From Nanobdellota archaeon (GTDB taxonomy: Archaea > Nanobdellota > Nanobdellia > Woesearchaeales > JAHWHD01): a DNA stretch of 24,000 nucleotides. The position numbers were made by a program, and so were the translations under genes. The notes below the pieces were generated by a model. That model was not told where the DNA came from and did no database searches. It saw nothing but the letters and a program-made list of their open reading frames with translations. This document shows positions 7,444 through 13,875 of this stretch, piece after piece. Numbering within the stretch: position 1 is the first letter of the stretch; every line of letters begins with the position of its first letter. The stretch covers positions 17,494-41,493 of the forward strand of contig JAYENX010000024.1 in NCBI GenBank assembly GCA_034722435.1. The letters are read 5' to 3'.

Positions 7444-8043
7444 TTACCCCTCCATTTGTGATAATAGTACTAATCTACCATTATACATATTGTCTCTTGT
7501 ATATATTTCTATCTGATCTTGTGAACACTGAATTAAAAACAATGATACTCCATTTTTGAAGTGCCATTTTGCTGCTTCTGTGTCACCCATCCATATTCTA
7601 TCTCTACATGGACCATTAGGATGATTATGAATTAATGCCATTTCATTGCATTTTCCTATTGATACAAAATTACTTTCTCCCTCATGTAAACTTTCAATCT
7701 TGTCTAAATATATTGTTGCGTTTCCTTTTGTCCAATCGTCAACATCTGTTTCATGCGAGAAATCTCCCTTTATGCATGCAGCATATTCTGAATCTAAATG
7801 CTCGTTCCATTGATTCCTTAATTCATCTGCTAATCTATCACGCATAATTATCTTTATATTTGGCGAATACATTGCTCCTGTAACATTATCATCATTACTT
7901 AAAAAATCATAATTAAATGGTATATATACAACCCTTGTTTCTATCCATCCCATCTGATTCAAAAGACAAAATCCCAAAATAATTATTCCACATACTATCA
8001 AGAAAAATAGTATGAAATAATCAAATTTTGTCAATCTTGTCAT
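7444..8043 (-). CDS. N-terminally membrane-anchored protein, 199 aa, with JAB/MPN(RadC)-like HNHPNG motif (tentative metalloprotease fold)
   Basis: A TM helix is present (FDYFILFFLIVCGIIILGFCLL). EYAACIKG lies ~53 residues upstream of ALIHNHPNGPCRDRIWMGD. The His-x-His-Pro and upstream Glu-x-x-x-Cys pattern resembles JAMM/RadC. The canonical Ser-x-x-Asp spacing is not satisfied. There are ATGA overlaps on both sides. Confidence 0.85.
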   Translation of the reverse strand: MTRLTKFDYFILFFLIVCGIIILGFCLLNQMGWIETRVVYIPFNYDFLSNDDNVTGAMYSPNIKIIMRDRLADELRNQWNEHLDSEYAACIKGDFSHETDVDDWTKGNATIYLDKIESLHEGESNFVSIGKCNEMALIHNHPNGPCRDRIWMGDTEAAKWHFKNGVSLFLIQCSQDQIEIYTRDNMYNGRLVLLSQMEG

Positions 8044-10295
8044 TTCTTTTTCCTCATGAATATAAAATACGATGACAAAGCAAACAACAGTATCATTGTT
8101 GCTCCATATATCATATAATTGTTAATATTTTTATCTCCGACTGAATAGTCTTGATTTTCAATTATTTGTCTTAATTGTGCAACTAATTCTTTTTCTCTTT
8201 CTAGTGAGTCTGCATACTCAGCAATAAGTGCTTCTTTTTCTTCCAATGTTATTCTTAAGTTTGCAACAATTTCTGTAGTATCTGCAAGATTCACTTCCAA
8301 TTCTCTTATTAATTGCTTCATTTCGTTATTTGTCAATTTTAAATCACTAATTAATCTTGACATCTCTTCATTACTAAGCTCGAGCTGCATAATTAATTCT
8401 GCTTGTTGTGCAATATTCAGATTAAGGTTTCGTATTAACTCTGCTTGTTCTTCGACTTCTAATTCTAGTTCAGAAATCAAATCCGCTTGCTTTCCGATGT
8501 TATCATACAACTCTTCAATTATCCTTGCTTGTTCTGCAAGTGTTATCTCCATTCCTTGTATAATATTTGCTTGTTCTGATACCTTTGTTGATAATGTTGA
8601 TATAATAACTGCATCTTCTGCTATTGTAAGATTTAATTGTGAAATAATTTCACCTTGCTTTCCAAATGACACTTCCATTTCTGCAATTAATTCAGCTTGT
8701 CTCTCATTTTCTACCTCAAGTTGACTTATTAGTGCAGCTTTTATTGCCAAATTATTTGTAAGCTGATTAATCAAATCTGCTTGTTCAGCGATATTTTGCG
8801 TCAACTCTTCAATGTATATTGCTTGTTGCTCTACTGTTTGTGAAAACTCTTGTATCATTGTTGCTTGTTCTGCAATAGTTAATTCTAATTCTTCCATAAT
8901 TGCTACTTGATTAGCAATATTTTGTGTCAAACCTGCAATTATTTGAGCTTGCTCATCAACTCTAGTTGATAATTGTTCAATTAATGATGCCTGCTCTTGT
9001 ACCTCTAAATTCATTGCAGCAATTATTGCTCCCTGCTCTTCAAGTGTTATCTCTAGATTTGATATTATAATAGCCTGCTCATCTGTATTTGTTGTCAACT
9101 CTTGTATCAACATTGCTTGTTCTTCAATATTTAATTCAAGTTGAGATATAATTTCTGCTTGCTCTTCTTTAATTAATGTTAATTGATTAATTATTGCTGC
9201 TTTTTCTGCTATTGTTCCCTCAAGTCTATTTATTGCTTCAATTTTACTTGCAATGTCTGTATTTAGTACATCTAGATACCCTCTAATGTAGTCTTGACAT
9301 ATGAGATAATTACTTATTCCTGCTTGTTTACATATTTCTGGCAATTCTGGATTTATACATTGATGTTCAATAATTACAGCCGCATCGTCACATACTAATT
9401 GCTCACATATCGCTTCTTGTTGTGATTTTTTTGAGCACACTTCTTCTTCTTGACAATCTGCATTCTTTGAACATTCAATATTACTTTTGTATAGAGGCTT
9501 TTCGTCCCATTCTGTTCCTGCTGCTGTCCACGCCCAATCTCTACCATTTGAATCGAAATCAAAACATACCATGTGTAGATGGTCAATTGTTGCATAATCT
9601 GTAAGATCTAGAGTATGATCTTTATTTGCTGATATTTTTTTATGATAATTTCTACATCCACTTTTATCACAATTTGCGTGATTCCAAAATGAATTCCAAT
9701 CACCTACATTTTGTGTATAAATATATGCCTTATCTCCTTTACACTTGTAGTAAAAAGGATATTTTGATGATACGTATGATTTTCCATTATATTCGTCATA
9801 ATACAAAGGTCCATAGTAGTTTTTTGCTACTGCTTTTGCAGATCCATAAGATGCCTCAGAAAAATAGCACCCTTCATAATTTCCATATGCATCGCAATTC
9901 CCATACTGTGTTTCTTCTTCATAATCATCCTCATCTTCTAACTCACATTTATCGAAATATGTTGTGTATCCTTCATTTCTGCATGCATCACGTCCTTCAT
10001 CTGTATAACATATCTGGTATGACCCATCTGCGCAAGGTAATGATCCGGGACTACTACCACCATATATGTATACTGTCTCACCCTCATCCAATATACTATC
10101 AACTTGAGACGCAGAGCATGTGAATTTATCTGCATATGGTCCGTTTGGATCTGTACAATATCTACCTGTAGTTTCTAATGCTTCCCAATTCCAAAATTCC
10201 CACCAATTCGGTCTGTCATATACTGTTTCTGCTTGTACAGATACCAACATTATAAAAATTAATGACAAAATTGCAATCAGTCTTAGCATTTTCAT
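8040..10295 (-). CDS. Anchored stalk protein, 751 aa: signal peptide, ~320-aa Cys/aromatic-rich head, ~364-aa coiled coil of 14-residue repeats, C-terminal TM anchor
   Basis: The signal peptide is MKMLRLIAILSLIFIMLVSVQA/E. There are about 20 Cys in residues 47-333. Residues 344-707 are strictly 14-periodic. The C-terminus is NYMIYGATMILLFALSSYFIFMRKKK. Confidence 0.92.
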   Translation of the reverse strand: MKMLRLIAILSLIFIMLVSVQAETVYDRPNWWEFWNWEALETTGRYCTDPNGPYADKFTCSASQVDSILDEGETVYIYGGSSPGSLPCADGSYQICYTDEGRDACRNEGYTTYFDKCELEDEDDYEEETQYGNCDAYGNYEGCYFSEASYGSAKAVAKNYYGPLYYDEYNGKSYVSSKYPFYYKCKGDKAYIYTQNVGDWNSFWNHANCDKSGCRNYHKKISANKDHTLDLTDYATIDHLHMVCFDFDSNGRDWAWTAAGTEWDEKPLYKSNIECSKNADCQEEEVCSKKSQQEAICEQLVCDDAAVIIEHQCINPELPEICKQAGISNYLICQDYIRGYLDVLNTDIASKIEAINRLEGTIAEKAAIINQLTLIKEEQAEIISQLELNIEEQAMLIQELTTNTDEQAIIISNLEITLEEQGAIIAAMNLEVQEQASLIEQLSTRVDEQAQIIAGLTQNIANQVAIMEELELTIAEQATMIQEFSQTVEQQAIYIEELTQNIAEQADLINQLTNNLAIKAALISQLEVENERQAELIAEMEVSFGKQGEIISQLNLTIAEDAVIISTLSTKVSEQANIIQGMEITLAEQARIIEELYDNIGKQADLISELELEVEEQAELIRNLNLNIAQQAELIMQLELSNEEMSRLISDLKLTNNEMKQLIRELEVNLADTTEIVANLRITLEEKEALIAEYADSLEREKELVAQLRQIIENQDYSVGDKNINNYMIYGATMILLFALSSYFIFMRKKK
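8175..9266 (-). repeat. 26 tandem 42-nt (14-codon) diverged coding repeats, consensus roughly L-x-L-x-I-x-E-Q-A-x-L-I-x-x
   Basis: I hand-parsed residues 344-707 into consecutive 14-mers with no indel: LNTDIASKIEAINR, LEGTIAEKAAIINQ, LTLIKEEQAEIISQ, LELNIEEQAMLIQE, ... LRITLEEKEALIAE, YADSLEREKELVAQ. The register was checked against the DNA (L344 = 9266..9264). Confidence 0.9.
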
Positions 10296-10612
10296 TCTGT
10301 TCCTACACCCGTTTGTACATTCTCACTTGTTCCTTGACTATCTGCCCTGTAATTTTCATCAAATTCATAGTCAATTTCTTGACCATTTATGCATGCTATA
10401 TAGTTTTGGCTATGATATTCTACTGAGCAATCACTATATCCATCACATACATATGCGCACTTTTCCATTGATTCGCACAATATAATATTTTTACAACTAA
10501 TTTTATCGTCTTCGTTTATTTGTCCCGTAATATCAAAATACTGATTAGCTGTAAAAATAGCTAAAATTGCTAATAGTGCTATAACTCCCAGTATTATTGC
10601 ATTTTTCTTCAT
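10292..10612 (-). CDS. Small secreted Cys-rich protein (106 aa from internal ATG)
   Basis: I trimmed the track ORF 10292..10663 to the ATG at 10612. That ATG forms an ATGA overlap with the upstream stop and yields a clean signal-type N-terminus (MKKNAIILGVIALLAILAIFTA). The short acidic mature part has 6 Cys. Confidence 0.75.
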   Translation of the reverse strand: MKKNAIILGVIALLAILAIFTANQYFDITGQINEDDKISCKNIILCESMEKCAYVCDGYSDCSVEYHSQNYIACINGQEIDYEFDENYRADSQGTSENVQTGVGTE

Positions 10613-11715
10613 ACAAATAACCCCGTGAAGAATGATACTATTGCATTCCACCACTTTGCCCAAAATGGCAACACTTCTGGATCTGTCTCAGGTATGTTTT
10701 CTTCTGGTTCGCCAATAAAATCTCTCTTAATAAATTCAGCAGCCTTTTCACATAATGTTAAATCTTCATAAAATGTTTGATCTATCGCATCGCTTTGTAA
10801 TATTTGTACACATTTTGCGTCTGATAACACATCATTTTCGTATACTCTTTCTACGATATATCCACTTAGTTGCTCTGGTGGGCTATCTGGTGGCTCATCT
10901 GGCACTTCTGGTGGGTTTTCAGGTGGCTCAGGTGGTGTATCTGGTGGATCGTTTGGATCCACTTCACTTTCTGGTTCTGCACAGTTATGCCATCCTGTCT
11001 TTGCTGTGCTTGTTTCTGTTCCTTCTATTACATATCCCGGATCGCATACAGTTCTATATTCCTGTAAGACTCTCTGACTACATAATGGTGCATCACCGTA
11101 TTTAGTACATGCTCTCTGCTGTAAATCTGCATGATATGCTGTGTCGGTTGTTATCCATCTATCACAAAAATCAGTAGGACAATCCGTTATTCCAACATTG
11201 AAGTTTGTACATTCATCTCCAATTAATGATCCTGATGTTTCCCTGATTGTGTAACATAATTTGTATTCTCCTGATGTTATTGGTGCATTAAACTCGCTTA
11301 CAGTATTCAAATTTACTGACTTTCCATATGAACTACATAGATCTGGTCCGAATAGACTACATCCTAATGCATAACTTAGCGGATATCTGAAATCCCAACT
11401 ATTCAACACCTGATTATTTCTGTCATAAAGTCTCATCGTTGCCTCTTTTATTCCATCAAACTGAGGAATTGATATAACCAAATCAACATCTACTAGTTCG
11501 CCCGGATCTGGGTTAGATTCTGATAAAAATATTGCAAACATTGATCCTTCTATATTTCCCTTTGACACCTTTGTACATACTACTTCTTCATTTTCTCCAA
11601 GTTCACAGTGCTCTCCTACAGTTGAAAATGTACCTGCTAGATATAATGTTGATATTATTGCAGTTAATAATAATATGCCAATTAAAATCATTGTTTTGTC
11701 AATTTTTTTCATCAT
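10609..11715 (-). CDS. Cys-rich membrane-anchored protein, 368 aa, with Pro-rich linker and hydrophobic C-terminus
   Basis: The N-terminal leader MMKKIDKTMILIGILLLTAIISTLYLAGTFSTVG is paralogous to that of the 572-aa protein. It has 14 Cys and the linker DPNDPPDTPPEPPENPPEVPDEPPDSPPE. The C-terminus is LPFWAKWWNAIVSFFTGLFV. Confidence 0.9.
   Translation of the reverse strand: MMKKIDKTMILIGILLLTAIISTLYLAGTFSTVGEHCELGENEEVVCTKVSKGNIEGSMFAIFLSESNPDPGELVDVDLVISIPQFDGIKEATMRLYDRNNQVLNSWDFRYPLSYALGCSLFGPDLCSSYGKSVNLNTVSEFNAPITSGEYKLCYTIRETSGSLIGDECTNFNVGITDCPTDFCDRWITTDTAYHADLQQRACTKYGDAPLCSQRVLQEYRTVCDPGYVIEGTETSTAKTGWHNCAEPESEVDPNDPPDTPPEPPENPPEVPDEPPDSPPEQLSGYIVERVYENDVLSDAKCVQILQSDAIDQTFYEDLTLCEKAAEFIKRDFIGEPEENIPETDPEVLPFWAKWWNAIVSFFTGLFV
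10870..10977 (-). repeat. Low-complexity Pro/Glu/Asp linker coding region (degenerate TCTGGTGG-type repeats on the plus strand)
   Basis: Residues 247-282 are EPESEVDPNDPPDTPPEPPENPPEVPDEPPDSPPEQ. The plus strand shows reiterated ctggtgg/caggtgg units. Confidence 0.8.
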
Positions 11716-12557
11716 ACATCACCCGATAATATTATCCCTATCTTATTTAGTGCTCCTCCAAATATGACCAAAAGTATGAGTGTAATTATCCAACCAATTT
11801 GAAAAAAGTTTTGTGTAATTACTCTATATGCCTCTCCAACTCCATACACTGCTAGATTATTTCCAACATGTGCACCAAAACTAAATGTTGTAGTTATTGC
11901 TACATATTTTATCATATTAGCCCACTGATCCCCTTTGACTATAACAATCATAAGTGCTCTAAATATTATGGCTGCAATAATAAAAGCTGTGAATGCTAAT
12001 TTTCCAATATGGAATATTGCAAATGTTGTTCCTGCAATTGTTGCGATAATTGCTATTTGTAACCATATATTTGTGAATATTTTGAATTTTTTTCCTAACA
12101 AATCTAGAAGCAATTTTACAACGATTGGTATTGTGAACATCCAGAAAAATTCTTCTGCTATTGGTATGAGAAATGACGTAGATCCAAACTCTAACATTTT
12201 CGGCATTTGTCCTGAGACTGATGTTGCTAACTGATTTTGTGATATTGCAAATACTGATTTTTCGTATCCGCCTGTGAAAAATACCATTCCACCCCATGCA
12301 ACCAAACCAATCACAAATGATAAACATGCATCACTCCAACCACCCATATATCTTATTACGTTTTGTTTGAAAATTGTCTCACCTAATATTATAAGGATTG
12401 GTGCTGACAATAACATTGTTCCAAATATCAATAAATAGAATCCTGCTCTTATTGAATTGTTTTCGTGACCCCAGATACCCACCCAGATGAAGACAGCTAA
12501 TGCTATTACAAATAATGAAGTTATGAATGCTATTCCGCCTATGCCTTCATCTTTCAC
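11712..12557 (-). CDS. CPBP-family (CAAX protease/Abi-type) intramembrane glutamic metalloprotease, 281 aa
   Basis: Polytopic membrane protein with the three family motifs in the right order and spacing. They are IPIAEEFFW (EE at residues 135-136, nt 12150-12155), FAIFH (H183) and GAHVGNN (H230...N234). The Arg of the EExxxR motif is replaced by Trp. The start is GTG with GGTGAT 5 nt upstream. Confidence 0.85.
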   Translation of the reverse strand: MKDEGIGGIAFITSLFVIALAVFIWVGIWGHENNSIRAGFYLLIFGTMLLSAPILIILGETIFKQNVIRYMGGWSDACLSFVIGLVAWGGMVFFTGGYEKSVFAISQNQLATSVSGQMPKMLEFGSTSFLIPIAEEFFWMFTIPIVVKLLLDLLGKKFKIFTNIWLQIAIIATIAGTTFAIFHIGKLAFTAFIIAAIIFRALMIVIVKGDQWANMIKYVAITTTFSFGAHVGNNLAVYGVGEAYRVITQNFFQIGWIITLILLVIFGGALNKIGIILSGDV

Positions 12558-12571
12558 CTACAATCACCAAT

Positions 12572-12605
12572 AAAAAATAAAAAAATGACTGAGCTAATTA
12601 GCTCA
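12572..12605 (-). terminator. Perfect 16-bp palindrome TGAGCTAATTAGCTCA (12590-12605) containing the TAA stop, followed on the minus strand by T7 and T6 runs
   Basis: Read directly. It lies between the 362-aa gene and the CPBP gene, so it would act as a partial terminator or attenuator inside the operon. Confidence 0.5.
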
Positions 12606-13686
12606 AGTCTAATGTAAATGACTGTAGTGTATAGATAGCTGCTGGACTTGAAGCATCTGTCACAGAACTGTATCTTACATCGTATCCGCTTGTAGCACGT
12701 GCTGCACCAATTGTAGCGAAAGCAATTACAATATCAGATGTTGGATTTACTCCATCAACTGCTTCTACTTCAAGCTCGATAGATACATCATCATCTTCAA
12801 TTAATGCTGATGCTTGATCTGCCTCAAGTTTGTATACATATTCATATGATGAATATGATGTGCTTTCCTTTTTGTCTACAAGATCAAATACAGATAACTT
12901 ACTACCTTCAAATTTAACAGTTGGCTCTTGGAAATCTGATGTGCTTGCATCAATTAAGATGTATAATCCAAGATCTGCTACATCACCATCAGATATTGTT
13001 GCCTCAGCTTCGATATTGAAGTCAATATCTCCTGATGCTCCAACTGCTGTTGCTGTTGTATTACCTGTTGTAGATTTGAACGTTGCTCCTGTGGTTTCAA
13101 AGTCAGTTGCATCATTATCAGAGCCATCATATACCCAACCTGATTGGTCGTTATCATATACTCTAATTTTGATTGGCGAATGTTGCTTACTTACAAGCTC
13201 AAGGTTTAAACTAGGACCTGTTGCTGTAAATTTAACCGCTCTTCCACCTTCAACTACTGTAGCATCTCCTGCACCTACTGACATAATCATAGCTGAATCT
13301 CCTGATGATCCATCTGCTGATACTTGTCTGTAAACATAGTCGCTTCCACAATCTAGTGTAGCTGTTCCGGCTGTTGTATCTGTAATTGTTGATTTTAGAC
13401 TTTCTTGTCCGTTAACAACTTTGTACAAATAACCTGTGTTGTCATATGTTTCAATTCCTGTCGTATTTAGTCCGTTATTGACGGTTAATGTCAATGCAGT
13501 ATCTAAATCAGTTGGACATCCTGCCACTGATCCAGAGCCTTGACTTCCACCACCATTTGATGCTCCAATAGCACTAAATGGTCCAATTCCGGCAAAATAC
13601 GCAAGACCTGTCATTACTAGCAAGGCTACTAAGATTATGCCTACTAGCATAACTACCATGTTCTTTGTTGCGTCTTTTGTTCTCAT
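12598..13686 (-). CDS. Abundant-type structural protein candidate, 362 aa, N-terminal membrane anchor/leader, Thr/Ser/Gly/Asp/Ala/Val-rich
   Basis: Track ORF with the strongest SD in the window (GGAGG 6 nt upstream of the ATG). Its GC content is visibly higher and it is poorer in Lys/Asn/Ile than all neighbours. It is the first gene of the operon, with its own long leader upstream and a terminator-like element downstream. The N-terminus is MRTKDATKNMVVMLVGIILVALLVMTGLAYFAGIGPFSAIG. The structural role is inferred. Confidence 0.9.
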   Translation of the reverse strand: MRTKDATKNMVVMLVGIILVALLVMTGLAYFAGIGPFSAIGASNGGGSQGSGSVAGCPTDLDTALTLTVNNGLNTTGIETYDNTGYLYKVVNGQESLKSTITDTTAGTATLDCGSDYVYRQVSADGSSGDSAMIMSVGAGDATVVEGGRAVKFTATGPSLNLELVSKQHSPIKIRVYDNDQSGWVYDGSDNDATDFETTGATFKSTTGNTTATAVGASGDIDFNIEAEATISDGDVADLGLYILIDASTSDFQEPTVKFEGSKLSVFDLVDKKESTSYSSYEYVYKLEADQASALIEDDDVSIELEVEAVDGVNPTSDIVIAFATIGAARATSGYDVRYSSVTDASSPAAIYTLQSFTLDLS

Positions 13687-13800
13687 TTTTTTCCTCCATC
13701 ATCCGCATGCGATTCCTCGGAGCTTGCTTGATAATGGTTCAGGGGGGGTTAAACCATTAATCCTTACTGACCCCGGATCTTCCTATTGCGTTTGAGCATA
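13687..13800 (-). promoter_or_regulatory. Long GC-rich (~48% over 13701-13800) structured 5' leader of the 362-aa gene
   Basis: It has a perfect 8-bp stem TAATGGTT (13732-13739) / AACCATTA (13752-13759) around a 12-nt loop that carries a G7/C7 homopolymer (13742-13748). There is a CGCATGCG palindrome near 13704-13711. CTCC at ~13716-13719 (minus sense) could pair with the GGAG of the SD. TATA-like runs lie further upstream at ~13800-13850. Confidence 0.45.
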
Positions 13801-13842
13801 TATTTTATATATTACTTTATTCATAAATTCTGTATTGTATCA

Positions 13843-13850
13843 TTTATAAG
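13843..13850 (+). promoter_or_regulatory. TATA-like octamer TTTATAAG, 25 nt upstream of the ATG at 13876
   Basis: No SD in the intervening 25 nt. Same geometry as the other first-gene starts. Confidence 0.45.
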
Positions 13851-13875
13851 TTTTTTTTAAGTAAAATCCTGAAAA

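Noticed and set aside
7582-7637. A confident JAMM metalloprotease call for the HNHPNG protein
   Set aside because: The Ser-x-x-Asp part of the canonical E...HxHx7SxxD motif is not present at the required spacing. It is retained only as a tentative JAB-like fold.
7700-7715. A fourth copy of the palindromic promoter motif (TGTCTAAATATATTG)
   Set aside because: Only the left half matches, it lies inside the coding region of the JAB-like gene, and the right half-site is missing.
8175-9266. The regular 42-nt periodicity, considered as a possible CRISPR array or non-coding tandem repeat
   Set aside because: It lies entirely inside one open reading frame and there is no repeat/spacer alternation. 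The units are diverged at DNA level but conserved as a 14-residue heptad-type protein repeat.
13700-13800. The GC-rich island, considered as a tRNA gene, tRNA fragment or att core
   Set aside because: I could not fold a cloverleaf on either strand, and there is no T-loop (GTTCRANYC-like) or anticodon-arm arrangement. The only clean helix has a 12-nt G7-containing loop. It is kept as a structured-leader candidate instead.
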